From: Verrucomicrobiota bacterium
GTDB lineage: Bacteria > Verrucomicrobiota > Verrucomicrobiia > Limisphaerales > UBA11358
Direction: 5' to 3'
NCBI GenBank assembly: GCA_050008355.1
Contig: JBEKMT010000001.1
Span: 72-64,071, forward strand
DNA: 64,000 nt
Shown: piece after piece, positions 36,031 through 46,004 of the stretch
How the letters are laid out: every line of letters starts with the position of its first letter
How positions within the stretch are numbered: the stretch's first letter is position 1
The notes under the pieces: generated by a model
What the model saw: only the letters and a program-made list of their open reading frames with translations
Database searches by the model: none
Told to the model about the DNA's origin: nothing
Position numbers and translations under genes: made by a program

Positions 36031-37836
36031 TTACAAGAGTGAGAGCGAGGTGCGTTTTTGTTCGCGCAGCCTTTGTTGCTCGCGCATGAGGCTGATTTTT
36101 TCCTCGTCAGCGATCTCCGGCTGGCTGATTTTCTGGGTGAGAGTGGCAACCTGCCGATCCAGAAAATGATTCCGCAGCTTCAGGACCAAGTCCGACAGCT
36201 GGAGTTCAGGATTCGGAATTTTGCGCTCCTCAGCGGCGGCTTCGGTAATCAAGCTGCGAACAACCGGCGATTCGCATTCATCCAGAAACGCGGCCAGACT
36301 TTGCCAGGTTTCCTCCTTCTGTGCGGCGAGCCGCCGGGAAATGATTTGCCGGACGAAAGGATTTTGAACCCACTCCGGATCCAGGTGCAATGCGGCCGGA
36401 GCAGCCAATTCTTCGTGCAGCATCAGAAGTTTCAGCAGATGAAATTCATGGGGCGGTGGACGCACAACTGTTTCAAGTTCAGGGTCCAAAGCCGTATCAT
36501 CATTTTCCGCTGCCGAAACTCGAAGCTCCGGGTTTTTGAATTTTACAAATTCGACGCGGACGGATTCTGGCGAAACGCCCAGCCTCAATGCGGTTTTCTG
36601 GGCATAGGTATCAATCAAAACGACGTTGCCGGTTTTGTGGACGGCTTCTGCCATCGCGCGCAAAACGGCGAGACGGCCCTTGTCAGAAGTGATTTCGTTG
36701 GTCGAGCAAAGCCGATCCAAATAATAGTCAAAAAAGCCCTGGGCGTGGCTGACGAGTTCGCGGAACTTTTCGCCACCAGAATTCTTGATGAAACTGTCCG
36801 GGTCATGAGGTGCCGGCACGACGGCGACGCGGACGGCGACACCGGAAGCGAGCAGATGGTCCAGTGAACGAACGATGGCATTTTGGCCGGCATTATCGGA
36901 ATCGAAACAGAGCACGGCTTCATTCGCGTAGCGCTTGAGAATGCGCGCGTGCTGGTCCGTAAATGCCGTGCCTTGCGGGGCGATGATATTCTGCACCCCG
37001 TTCATGAAACAGGCGATCAGGTCGAGCTGGCCTTCGCAAATGATGGCGTAACCGGCGTCGAGAATCGCGCGCTTTGATTTGTCGAGGCCGAAAAAGATCT
37101 TACTCTTGGTGAAAATCGGCGTTTCCGGTGAGTTGACGTACTTGGCGGTTTTTTCATCCCCGGCCAAGATGCGTCCGCTAAAGCCGACCACCCGGCCTTG
37201 TTCGTCGCAGATGGGAAATATCAGGCGACCGCGGAAACGGTCGTAGTAATTTCCGGTTTCCTCCTTGCGGATGATCAGACCGGCCTTTTCAACGAGTTCG
37301 GGGGGATAATTTTTACCCCTGGCCCAGTTGACCGTGTCATCCCAGGTTTCGGGTGCGGCGCCAAGGCGAAACAATTTAATGGCCTCAGGCGGGACGCCGC
37401 GTTTTTTAAGATAATCGCGCGCGGATTGGCCGGCGGCCTCGTTCGCCAGGACATTTTGCCAGCGTTGCGCGATTTGGTCGTGGATCTCGAGCAGTTGGTC
37501 CTTGAGATGTCGCGATTGTTGTTCACCGGGGGAGCTTTCAAACTCGAGCGGAATTTTCGCGCGCTCGGCCAACCGGCGCACGGCGTCCATGAAGCCGATG
37601 TTCTCGTATTCCTTGACGAAGGTAAAAACATCTCCGCCCTTGTGGCAACCGAAACAATGAAAGATCTGTTTGTGCGGATTGACGTTGAAACTGGGCGACT
37701 TTTCCTTGTGGAAGGGGCAGAGGGCGGTGAAGTTTGCGCCCGCGCGTTTCAGCGGCAAATAACCGCCAATGACATCTACGATGTCGCTGGCAGCGCGGAT
37801 GCGTTCGCGGGTTGCGGGTGATAAAAATCCGGCCAT
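36031..37836 (-). CDS. dnaG: DNA primase
   Basis: It has the zinc finger CPFHKEKSPSFNVNPHKQIFHCFGC and the TOPRIM region ICEGQLD...CFDSDNAG. Confidence 0.92.
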   Translation of the reverse strand: MAGFLSPATRERIRAASDIVDVIGGYLPLKRAGANFTALCPFHKEKSPSFNVNPHKQIFHCFGCHKGGDVFTFVKEYENIGFMDAVRRLAERAKIPLEFESSPGEQQSRHLKDQLLEIHDQIAQRWQNVLANEAAGQSARDYLKKRGVPPEAIKLFRLGAAPETWDDTVNWARGKNYPPELVEKAGLIIRKEETGNYYDRFRGRLIFPICDEQGRVVGFSGRILAGDEKTAKYVNSPETPIFTKSKIFFGLDKSKRAILDAGYAIICEGQLDLIACFMNGVQNIIAPQGTAFTDQHARILKRYANEAVLCFDSDNAGQNAIVRSLDHLLASGVAVRVAVVPAPHDPDSFIKNSGGEKFRELVSHAQGFFDYYLDRLCSTNEITSDKGRLAVLRAMAEAVHKTGNVVLIDTYAQKTALRLGVSPESVRVEFVKFKNPELRVSAAENDDTALDPELETVVRPPPHEFHLLKLLMLHEELAAPAALHLDPEWVQNPFVRQIISRRLAAQKEETWQSLAAFLDECESPVVRSLITEAAAEERKIPNPELQLSDLVLKLRNHFLDRQVATLTQKISQPEIADEEKISLMREQQRLREQKRTSLSLL

Positions 37837-37861
37837 GCGCTAATATCGGCGCGCGTGCCGG

Positions 37862-38569
37862 TCAATTACCCATGTGGATGACCGGCTGCTTTTTTGCCGT
37901 GGCGTGCTTTATGTCAAATTCGTCAGTATTGATCAACAACACGCTGAGATTATTTTTTATGGCAGGCCCGAGCAAAGAATTTTTAAACACGCCGGCCTGA
38001 ACTTCATCAATACTGGGAATAAAATCCCCGCTATAGCCTTCCAGCCCACCGCCAAACCAGCGATTGTTGAATTCCTGACGGTTATGAACGTCCGCCAGCG
38101 TATAGACCGGGGCGTTTAAGAGCGCCAAAAAGAAGACCGTCATGCACGCATAACGGACAGTTCCTGACAACATGCCCAAATAATACTCACCGCTCCCGAA
38201 GGCGTTGCTGCCGTCAACTTTTTCCCGGAATGCGTTTTTAATGAGACAAAAGATCGCGTACACAACGAGCGCAATGGCCAGGTAGGCAGTGACAAATGCC
38301 GCCGTTTGCTCCTTAAAAAAGTTACCGAACAAACTTTTGACGATGCCCCATTGGATAAACATTCCGCCGAGCCAGGCGTAGCCCAGGGTGCAAGCCGCCA
38401 CCAAGACCACCCATTTGATCGCCGGCAGGATTTCCTTGGTCATGCCGTTCTTGCGTCCGCGCCAGAATCCGAAACAAAGGATTCCGGCCAACGCCAGGTC
38501 AAAAAAATTGAATCCCAGGCCGCTGGCCGTCCACCAAGACTTTGTCGTTTGAACTGCTGCTGCAATCAT
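37862..38569 (-). CDS. CvpA-family membrane protein
   Basis: It has an N-terminal CvpA-like pattern (FNFFDLALAGILCFGFWRGRKNGMTKE) and about 4 TM segments. Confidence 0.6.
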   Translation of the reverse strand: MIAAAVQTTKSWWTASGLGFNFFDLALAGILCFGFWRGRKNGMTKEILPAIKWVVLVAACTLGYAWLGGMFIQWGIVKSLFGNFFKEQTAAFVTAYLAIALVVYAIFCLIKNAFREKVDGSNAFGSGEYYLGMLSGTVRYACMTVFFLALLNAPVYTLADVHNRQEFNNRWFGGGLEGYSGDFIPSIDEVQAGVFKNSLLGPAIKNNLSVLLINTDEFDIKHATAKKQPVIHMGN

Positions 38570-38707
38570 GTTAAAATAGTAAAATTACTGATTTACCGCC
38601 AACCAACTACAGCGAAATTCGTGCCAATGATTATGCCTTTTTCCCCCAAACCCCCGTATTTCAGAAACGTGCTTGACGCGTGGAGTGTTTTAGGTTGCTC
38701 TATTTTC

Positions 38708-39109
38708 ATGATGAAGAAGACAATTTTAGCAGCGCTTTCGGGCGCAGCCGTCCTCGCTGCCGCGGGCTGCGTCGGCACGGTCAGCAACACCCATGCTTTT
38801 GCCACCAGCTGGAACACTGATTCCGTTTCCGGTCGTTATGCGCGGACTCTCGATGAGGTTTATCAGGCCTCCGTCCAAGTCATCCAACATAACGGGGTGT
38901 TGCTCACGGAGTATATTCCGCACGACAGCACGAACGACGTCCGTTCCCTTGAAGGCCGAGTTAATGACGAGAAAGTCTGGGTTCGCGTTGAGGCCGTCGA
39001 CCCCAAGACCACGCAGGTGGATGTACAAGCGCGGTCAACGTGGGGTGCGACGGATGTAGACCTGGTTCACGAACTGGAGAAGGAAATCGCGCTACAACTT
39101 TCGCGGTGA
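38708..39109 (+). CDS. hypothetical lipoprotein (DUF3568-like)
   Basis: I chose the ATG at 38708, giving MMKKTILAALSGAAVLAAAG|C with a lipobox. The upstream part of track ORF 38306..39109 is antisense to cvpA and was discarded. Confidence 0.6.
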   Translation: MMKKTILAALSGAAVLAAAGCVGTVSNTHAFATSWNTDSVSGRYARTLDEVYQASVQVIQHNGVLLTEYIPHDSTNDVRSLEGRVNDEKVWVRVEAVDPKTTQVDVQARSTWGATDVDLVHELEKEIALQLSR

Positions 39110-40315
39110 CCCGTATTTCAGGCCGATATTTTGTTCGTAAGTACCGAGCTTCACGCCCGCTGCTTTTTCTTTGCCCTTGAACTCCGAATTAATCCGCATC
39201 AAGCGCCGGCGTGTGATTTCCGCCAACGGGAGATCCGGATAACGGTCAACAATGTGCTGCAACGTCGCAGTGACCGTTGCGACGTCCGCACCCGCCTCGA
39301 TCTGCAAATTCGCCAGCAAGTTCAACCAACCCGCGATCTGCTTCGGAGAATGTCTCGGTTCATTGATCAACTGCTGCAGTTCCATGGTTGCCAAGTCCAG
39401 CCGCTGGAAATCTTTCGCATAAATCAAAGCCAGTTTTTCGCGCACCTCGGCATCGTGCGGGTGGGTCTCGAGATGTTTGACGTGCGCCGCGGCCAGTTTG
39501 CCCGGCTCAATTTCCTGCGGCTTCATAAATTCCGTGGAATCCAGCAATCCCAAATTCTTCACACCCTCCGGCACGGTGATCGTCGGACGGTCGTGTTGAT
39601 CCATCAAGATCTTTTCCGTGCCGACCAGATGAGCGATGCGGTTTTCCGCCCGCAAGGCCAGCTCCGTTCCGGGAAAGCGTTCGACGATTTTTTGCAGCGA
39701 TGCGCGGGCTGAGTACACGTCCACGCCGATCTTTAAATGCCAGTCCGCGAGGGTTGTCCACGCAGCCGCAATTTGTTTTTCCGGGGAATCCGCCTGGGCG
39801 CAAAAATGATCCAGCGTGGTCTCCGCGCTCGGCAAATCCTTCATATCTTCAGCCTGGATGCTCGCCAGCAACATAATACCCTCGAAATCATCGGGAAAGT
39901 TGGCGAGTTGTTCGCGAATGGCGACAATGGCGTCAAGATATTGGCCACGTTTCCGGCGGGCCGTGGCGGTGGAATAGTATGGCTTCCTTTCCGGCGGCAG
40001 GTTGCCACCATCGAAAATTGACGTGAACGGATTTATGAGGCTTTCAATAAGGCTGCTCCGCCAGACTAAGGCGAGAATGACCATGCCCACGGCCGCCATC
40101 AACATTCCCGCGATCGTATCGGCGCCGCCCTCTGGAATCATGGGCCCGATTTTAAGCCATAAAAATGCGACAACGGGTATAGTCATTGCCCATTTAAAAA
40201 TTAATAGTCCCGGGGATTCACTGTTTTTGAAGGAAAGAATAAAGAGCCAGATCACGAACGCCGTGACAATGGTGACCCAGAAAACATCAACGGCAATATG
40301 CCAGCGCGATGCCAT
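39092..40315 (-). CDS. hypothetical membrane-anchored TPR-like repeat protein
   Basis: It has 3-4 N-terminal TM segments followed by helical repeat sequence. Its 3' end overlaps the convergent lipoprotein gene by 18 nt. Confidence 0.6.
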   Translation of the reverse strand: MASRWHIAVDVFWVTIVTAFVIWLFILSFKNSESPGLLIFKWAMTIPVVAFLWLKIGPMIPEGGADTIAGMLMAAVGMVILALVWRSSLIESLINPFTSIFDGGNLPPERKPYYSTATARRKRGQYLDAIVAIREQLANFPDDFEGIMLLASIQAEDMKDLPSAETTLDHFCAQADSPEKQIAAAWTTLADWHLKIGVDVYSARASLQKIVERFPGTELALRAENRIAHLVGTEKILMDQHDRPTITVPEGVKNLGLLDSTEFMKPQEIEPGKLAAAHVKHLETHPHDAEVREKLALIYAKDFQRLDLATMELQQLINEPRHSPKQIAGWLNLLANLQIEAGADVATVTATLQHIVDRYPDLPLAEITRRRLMRINSEFKGKEKAAGVKLGTYEQNIGLKYGSPRKL

Positions 40316-40379
40316 AACTGATGAATCAAAACTCTGCCCGTTTGGACGTCAAGGCAAGCAAAATTGGGCCCGTCAAACC

Positions 40380-40808
40380 TTAACTGTAACGATATGGTTT
40401 GCTCAAAGGGAATGTGTTGGGCAAATGGCGAATTTCACGGACAGCTCCGTCCGCGAGCAGGACTTCCACAATGTCGAACCGGAATTTCACGAGAGGATTT
40501 TTGAGAAGTTTCATATAATCCAGCGCTGTGAGAGAGAGTAACTTACGTTTGCGGGCGTCCACGGCCGCCGCCGGACGGGACCATTCCTCCGATGAACGGG
40601 TTTTCACCTCAACAAACACCAGGCAGTCACCGTCGCGAAAAACCAAGTCAATCTCGCCACGGGCTGAGCGAAAATTCGCGGTCAAAAATTTCAGGCCGGA
40701 GCGCTGCAAAAACTTTCTGGCCGAGCGTTCGCCCGCCATGCCACGCCGCAGATGCTCCGGTTTTTCTCCGCCGGCCAGTCGCGCCCTGAGCTTGTCGAAT
40801 AATTTCAC
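40380..40808 (-). CDS. yraN: YraN-family (UPF0102) endonuclease
   Basis: It contains GERSARKFLQRSGLKFLTANFRSARGEIDLVFRDGDCLVFVEVKTR. Confidence 0.8.
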   Translation of the reverse strand: MKLFDKLRARLAGGEKPEHLRRGMAGERSARKFLQRSGLKFLTANFRSARGEIDLVFRDGDCLVFVEVKTRSSEEWSRPAAAVDARKRKLLSLTALDYMKLLKNPLVKFRFDIVEVLLADGAVREIRHLPNTFPLSKPYRYS

Positions 40809-40815
40809 CAGAGAA

Positions 40816-41481
40816 TCAAAACAATCCGGGTTCCTCAGATCTCAACGGTCGGAAGGTTTTTCGATGAATGGGACAGGCGCCAAATTTCGCAATCGCCGCC
40901 AGATGCATGGGCGTGCCGTAGCCTTTGTGGTCGGCAAAACCATATTCGGGAAAATGCCTGTGGAACTCGTTCATCAGGCGGTCGCGGGTGACCTTGGCCA
41001 AGACGCTCGCGGCGGCGATGGAATAACTTCGCGCGTCACCCTTGACGATGGCCGTCTGCGGCACCTGCAAGGCGTTCACCGGACGGCCATCAACCAGTGC
41101 ATGCAGCGGCAGCGGGATCAATTCTGCAAGCGCATGATTCATCGCCCGATGGGTCGCCTGCAAAATATTGATCTCGTCAATCAAGGTCGCGTCCACGGCG
41201 TTGACGCCGAACTCGATCTCGCCGCAGGCAGTGATAAAACTGAAAAACTTTTCCCGTTGGGTCTCCGTGAGCTGTTTGGAATCGTTTAAACCGGAAAGCT
41301 CGGCCGGCAGTCCGGTTTCCGCCCAACGAGCGGGCAGAATTGCTGCTGCCGCCACCACCGGTCCCGCCAGCGGGCCGCGGCCGGCCTCATCCACCCCCGC
41401 AACGCGCGTGATACCCTGCCGCCAGACCATTCGCTCGAATTCGAAACTATTTGAGAATTTGGCGGCCATGGAACGAATCAA
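40816..41481 (-). CDS. rnhB: ribonuclease HII
   Basis: It contains AGVDEAGRGPLAGPVV and DSKQL, and shows the conserved rnhB-yraN pairing. Confidence 0.9.
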   Translation of the reverse strand: MIRSMAAKFSNSFEFERMVWRQGITRVAGVDEAGRGPLAGPVVAAAAILPARWAETGLPAELSGLNDSKQLTETQREKFFSFITACGEIEFGVNAVDATLIDEINILQATHRAMNHALAELIPLPLHALVDGRPVNALQVPQTAIVKGDARSYSIAAASVLAKVTRDRLMNEFHRHFPEYGFADHKGYGTPMHLAAIAKFGACPIHRKTFRPLRSEEPGLF

Positions 41482-41646
41482 TTACTTATTTGTAAAAAGG
41501 AGCCTATCCCGTTTTCCTAAACTTGTCGCCTCGATTTTTAACCGCAGCCATGCCACGCACTCTTCGCCCGCCTAAAAAGCACACTGCTCGTCTGCGTTGA
41601 TCCCTCCTTCGCTGCTTGCCTCAACGAGGCGAGGCGTGGTTAAATT

Positions 41647-42186
41647 TTGGATATGAAAATTGAATCGCTTCGCATTGGGATGAAGGTACGTCATCCCCAA
41701 TACGGCTCCGGGACCGTCAAATCTGTTTCCGAATCCGTCGCTGACATCATGTTCGACGACGGCAGTAAGCGCGCGGTCGCCCCGGAACCAAGCGGCTTGG
41801 AACCCGCGGAGCCGCAAACATCCGTCAGCGGGTTGAGCGTGCCGCTGACGCAATTCGTAAGCGAAATCCTGGACGCGGCGATTGCAAAACTGGGTTTGCA
41901 AAAACCGGATTCAACCGTGGAAGAACTTGGTTTACGCTGGCACGGCGGGAAACTGGTCTTGCATCCGGCTGATCCAACACTCCAGACCAAGGAGGTGCCG
42001 CTGGAAGTATTTTTTCACAAGATCATCATGGTGCGAAACAACTTGCGGGTGCTGGAACAGAAAATCAACGCGCACGAGAAATTGTCCGACGGCGAAAAAG
42101 TGGAGATGCAGCAGTACATTACCAAGAGCTATGGTTCCTTCACGACCTTCAATGTGCTGTTCAAGGAGAAGGAAGACCAGTTCTGA
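41647..42186 (+). CDS. hypothetical protein
   Basis: The 179-aa protein has an N-terminal SH3/Tudor-like GMKVRHPQYGSGTV motif of the kind seen in DUF3553-type domains. The rest is unrecognised. Confidence 0.5.
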   Translation: MDMKIESLRIGMKVRHPQYGSGTVKSVSESVADIMFDDGSKRAVAPEPSGLEPAEPQTSVSGLSVPLTQFVSEILDAAIAKLGLQKPDSTVEELGLRWHGGKLVLHPADPTLQTKEVPLEVFFHKIIMVRNNLRVLEQKINAHEKLSDGEKVEMQQYITKSYGSFTTFNVLFKEKEDQF

Positions 42187-42209
42187 GTCTGATTAAAACA
42201 CGGTGGGAC

Positions 42210-42422
42210 TCAACGCACCGGCGCGGCGAGAAATTCCGCAGCATCGGCGACTCCGTCTTCCGGCACTTCAATGCGCAGGGTGGTGGCATTTGACATGCCG
42301 CCCAGCCAGGCGGCGGAGTTTTCGTTGGCGAGGAAGGGATGAAAATTCGCGGCCTCAAGGCGCGAACGCACTAGTTGCGCGTCGGCCTGGTTAAAAGTCT
42401 TGAAGATGGCGACGGATTTCAT
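42210..42422 (-). CDS. DUF2007-like small protein (putative signal-transducing fold)
   Basis: The 70-aa protein contains VAIFKTFNQADAQLVRSRLEAANF...LRIEVPEDGVADAAEFL. Its start overlaps the stop of the upstream gene by 4 nt. Confidence 0.55.
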   Translation of the reverse strand: MKSVAIFKTFNQADAQLVRSRLEAANFHPFLANENSAAWLGGMSNATTLRIEVPEDGVADAAEFLAAPVR

Positions 42423-43438
42423 TTGGCACCTTCGGTTTGGACCTGGCCAAAAACCAGGACGCCAGCGCCGGTTTGAACGGTGCTTTGAATCTGCACTTCC
42501 GCGCTCTTGCCAACGAGTGCCTGGGCGTTGTTAACCACCACCATTGTACCGTCGGGCATGTAGCCGATACCCTGCCCTTTTTCGCGGCCTTCCCGGACAA
42601 TTTTCAACTGCACGATTTCGCCGGGGATCATCTCGACTTTCATGCAGTGGGCAACCTCGTTGAGATTCACACAGGCGACACTCTGCAGGCCGGCAATTTT
42701 GGCGAGATTATAGTCGTTGGTGAATAGCTTCGCATTCAGATTGCGCGCCAGGCGAACAAGTTTGGAGTCCACGCCCTTTTCCTCGGGAAAATCGCCATCA
42801 TGGATGCGGACTTCCAGCTTCGGGTTATGCTGGAGCCGGTTGAGCATTTCAAACCCTCGCCGGCCGCGGGCGCGCTTGATTTCATCGGGCGAATCGGCAA
42901 TCTGCTGCAATTCAATCAGGACGAAGCGCGGCACGACCACCAGCCCCTCGACAATCCGGGATTCGATTAAATCAGCGATGCGTCCATCAATGATGACGCT
43001 GGTATCAAGCAGCAGCAAATTATCTGGTTTGTTTTGCGGCGAAAAACGGACGTAAGGAATGATGAGTGAAAAATCCTCCTTGTTGCTGCGCATGGCGAGC
43101 ACGATGCCGATGTAGCCGAAGCCCAGGAACAGGCACAGGCGGATGAGCCAGCGAACTTTTTCCTCGGTGTTCTCAAACAGTCCGGAATGGTCGACTAAAG
43201 AGGCCACCGCCGTGCCGAGCAGCAGGCCGAAGGTGGTTGCGGAAAATGCGCGCAGCGAAAAGCCCTTCAACATTTCGTCGATGGCGATAAGCAGGCCACC
43301 AAAGCCAAAACCGACCATCATGCCGGTAATTTCACCGTGCTGCTGGCTGATAAACTCAGGTCGCACCTGGCTGATGGCGTAACCGCCCGCAATGCACAGG
43401 CCGAGGAATAATACACGTATGGGCCAAAGTGGATTCAT
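42419..43438 (-). CDS. membrane-anchored PIN/TRAM domain protein (YacL-like)
   Basis: It has 4 N-terminal TM segments. The PIN region is LLLLDTSVIIDGRI...VVPRFVLIELQQIADS...RGRRGFEML...TNDYNLAKIA. The TRAM region is GQGIGYMPDGTMVVV...VQIQSTVQTGAGVLVFG. Confidence 0.8.
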   Translation of the reverse strand: MNPLWPIRVLFLGLCIAGGYAISQVRPEFISQQHGEITGMMVGFGFGGLLIAIDEMLKGFSLRAFSATTFGLLLGTAVASLVDHSGLFENTEEKVRWLIRLCLFLGFGYIGIVLAMRSNKEDFSLIIPYVRFSPQNKPDNLLLLDTSVIIDGRIADLIESRIVEGLVVVPRFVLIELQQIADSPDEIKRARGRRGFEMLNRLQHNPKLEVRIHDGDFPEEKGVDSKLVRLARNLNAKLFTNDYNLAKIAGLQSVACVNLNEVAHCMKVEMIPGEIVQLKIVREGREKGQGIGYMPDGTMVVVNNAQALVGKSAEVQIQSTVQTGAGVLVFGQVQTEGAK

Positions 43439-44400
43439 GGGTGCGTGCTACTGTCGGTGTTGGTTGCCGGTGCCTTATGCGACCACAAAATGCCCCATAA
43501 TCCGTGACGATTCAAGTTACTGCTGGTGATGGCCAGATTGGCGGCGATAATCTGGACATTCGTCGCCAGTTCTTCATTTTGCAATACGGTTCCTGCCAGT
43601 CCCTTGCCGGCTTGAAGGTCGGCGGACATCTGTTTGAGATTTACGGAAATCTCCTGAATGTTCTTGGTGGCAGCGTTGAGATTCTGGCCGTTGGTCGTCA
43701 AGATGGTTTGGGCCGAGTTGGCGAGCTGTGTCAGTTCCGTCGAGAAATAAACAAAGTTGCTAAAGGCTGTGTCGATTTGCGGACCGTTGGTCGCGACAAT
43801 GGTCTGGATCCCGTGCACAGCCTCCAGCGCCTGCTCTGTAACCGCCCGCATATTCGTCATGGCCACACCGAAACTGGAAAGCGTCTGGGCATTCAAGACC
43901 TGCGCGCGTAAATCCGTAACGGATGCATCCAGCTTTTTCGCCGTGCCGTCAATTTGCTGGATGAAGCCGGACGCCGAACGGGCGACTTCCTGGAGGTTGA
44001 ACGGCGCATCGCAGGGCACCTCGGCATTGTTGGTCAGCAACGGCAGTTCGTTGTCAGTCGGATTGACCGAGACGTATTGGTCACCCAAAAACCCGGACTG
44101 CTCGATCACAAAATGCGCGTCATGATAGATCGGGTAATCCTTGTAGATTTTCAAGATCATCGTAACGCTTTTGCCGTCAGCGGCGAGTTGGATGTCCGTG
44201 ACCGTGCCGACCTGCACACCGGCAAGTAACACCGCCGCGCGCGGCTTGATACCGCCAACATTGGCCGCGTGCAGATGCAGTTCATAAGTGCCGCGGAAAA
44301 GGCTCGTGCCTTTGCTGAATTGGATCAGCAACACCGCCAATAGCGCCAGTCCCAAAAAGACGAACAGCCCGACTTTGATTTCCAATCGCGATTTTTGCAT
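43435..44400 (-). CDS. mlaD: MlaD/MCE-family lipid-transport substrate-binding protein
   Basis: It has an N-terminal TM segment and an MCE domain (AANVGGIKPRAAVLLAGVQVGTV), then a long helical C-terminus. It sits in an mlaE-mlaF-mlaD operon. Confidence 0.8.
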   Translation of the reverse strand: MQKSRLEIKVGLFVFLGLALLAVLLIQFSKGTSLFRGTYELHLHAANVGGIKPRAAVLLAGVQVGTVTDIQLAADGKSVTMILKIYKDYPIYHDAHFVIEQSGFLGDQYVSVNPTDNELPLLTNNAEVPCDAPFNLQEVARSASGFIQQIDGTAKKLDASVTDLRAQVLNAQTLSSFGVAMTNMRAVTEQALEAVHGIQTIVATNGPQIDTAFSNFVYFSTELTQLANSAQTILTTNGQNLNAATKNIQEISVNLKQMSADLQAGKGLAGTVLQNEELATNVQIIAANLAITSSNLNRHGLWGILWSHKAPATNTDSSTHP

Positions 44401-44403
44401 GAG

Positions 44404-45159
44404 TTAGAATGATTCGAGTTGAAATTCCTGAGGATCCGCCACCCCGTCAATAAACTGCCGCACGATGGGATCAGCTGAAGCAAACAACGATTCGGGCGTA
44501 CAGTTCGCATAGATTTTTCTGTCGTGCAACATGAGCACGTGGTTACCCACGCGCCGGGCGCTGCGCATATCGTGGGTCACGACCACACTGGTCACCTTCA
44601 AGTGGTCGCGCACGCGCATGATTAATTTATCAATGCTGTCAGAGACGATCGGATCGAGCCCGGTCGTCGGCTCATCGTAAAGCACAATCTGCGGTTCGTA
44701 AATGATGGCCCGCGCCAGACCGACGCGCTTGCGCATACCCCCGGAAAGCTCCGCTGGATTCTTTCGTTCCGTTCCCGGTAAATCCACGAGCTCAAGGGTT
44801 TTCGCCACTCGTTGGGCGACCTCCGCCTCGGTAAAATGTTCGTGCCGTCTCAATCCGAATGCCACATTTTCCGCGACGGTCATGGAATCGAACAACGCCG
44901 CGCCCTGAAATACCATGCCGAACTTCCGGCGAACGCGCAGCAATTGACGTTCGTCCATTCCGACGATGTTTTCCCCGTCAATCGAAACCGAGCCGGAATC
45001 CGGTTGCAACAGGCCGATGATGTGCTTGAGCAAGACACTTTTGCCGCCGCCGCTGCGCCCAATGATGACAACAGATTCACCGTTCTCGATTTGGAAACTG
45101 ACGTCATCCAGAATCGCCTGTGCGCCGAAACTCTTTTTCAATCCGCGCACCTCGATCAT
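44404..45159 (-). CDS. mlaF: ABC transporter ATP-binding protein MlaF-like
   Basis: It has Walker A GRSGGGKS, the ABC signature LSGGMRKRVGLARA and Walker B IVLYDEP. Confidence 0.88.
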   Translation of the reverse strand: MIEVRGLKKSFGAQAILDDVSFQIENGESVVIIGRSGGGKSVLLKHIIGLLQPDSGSVSIDGENIVGMDERQLLRVRRKFGMVFQGAALFDSMTVAENVAFGLRRHEHFTEAEVAQRVAKTLELVDLPGTERKNPAELSGGMRKRVGLARAIIYEPQIVLYDEPTTGLDPIVSDSIDKLIMRVRDHLKVTSVVVTHDMRSARRVGNHVLMLHDRKIYANCTPESLFASADPIVRQFIDGVADPQEFQLESF

Positions 45160-45989
45160 AAGTCAAGGATGACACACAGCTGTTCCAGGACCATGGTCAG
45201 GAAAAAGTTTGTGATCAGGATCGTGATGGAGGCATAAACCACGGCCTCGGTGGTTGCACGTCCGACGCCTTCAGCGCCGACTTTGCACGAAAGCCCCTTG
45301 TAACAGCCGATGAGGGCGATAATGCCGCCGTAAACGACGGATTTGGCCAGGCCGATCATCACATCCGAGTCATGTGAGTATTTGAGCATGTTCCACCATG
45401 CATAAGTCGGCTCGATTCCGAGGAGATAAACGCCAACAAAATAGCTTGCGCCGATGCCGATGCACATTGATTCCACCGTCAGCAGGGGCAACGCAATATT
45501 GGCGGCAATCAAACGTGGCACAACCAGATAATCGACCGGATGCGTGGCCAAGGTCCGGAGCGCGTCAATCTGCTCCGTCACGCGCATGGTACCCAGTTCC
45601 GCCGCGATGGCGGCACCAACACGGCCCGCCACCATCAATGCCGTCAAGACCGGCCCCAATTCGCTGCACATCGAAACGCTCACGACGGCAAGCGTCGCTG
45701 TATCCATTTTGACTTTATGGAACTGGAAATAAGTTTGGGCCGCCAGGACCATTCCTGTGAAGGCACCCGTCACCAGCACAACCGATTGCGACTTGATGCC
45801 GATGAAATAAATCTGGTAGAGCAAATCGCGCCAGGCGACCTTGAAAGTGAGGCATGAAGCAATTGCATCGCGCGTCAAGAGCGTGATCCGGCCTAATCCG
45901 CCGAACCAGTCAACAACCCAGGATTTGCCCAAAAAATTCATGGAAATGGAGCCTACCAGAGCGCCAGTGCCAAAGCCAAGATTTTGCAA
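45156..45989 (-). CDS. mlaE: ABC transporter permease MlaE-like
   Basis: It shows the MlaE pattern (QIYFIGIKSQSVVLVTGAFTGMVLA, RVTEQIDALRTL...). Confidence 0.88.
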   Translation of the reverse strand: MQNLGFGTGALVGSISMNFLGKSWVVDWFGGLGRITLLTRDAIASCLTFKVAWRDLLYQIYFIGIKSQSVVLVTGAFTGMVLAAQTYFQFHKVKMDTATLAVVSVSMCSELGPVLTALMVAGRVGAAIAAELGTMRVTEQIDALRTLATHPVDYLVVPRLIAANIALPLLTVESMCIGIGASYFVGVYLLGIEPTYAWWNMLKYSHDSDVMIGLAKSVVYGGIIALIGCYKGLSCKVGAEGVGRATTEAVVYASITILITNFFLTMVLEQLCVILDL

Positions 45990-46004
45990 TGAATTCCGGA
46001 CAGC

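Noticed and set aside
38306-38707. The upstream 134 codons of track ORF 38306..39109.
   Set aside because: This part is antisense to the CvpA-like gene and non-protein-like. A canonical lipoprotein signal peptide begins at the internal ATG at 38708.
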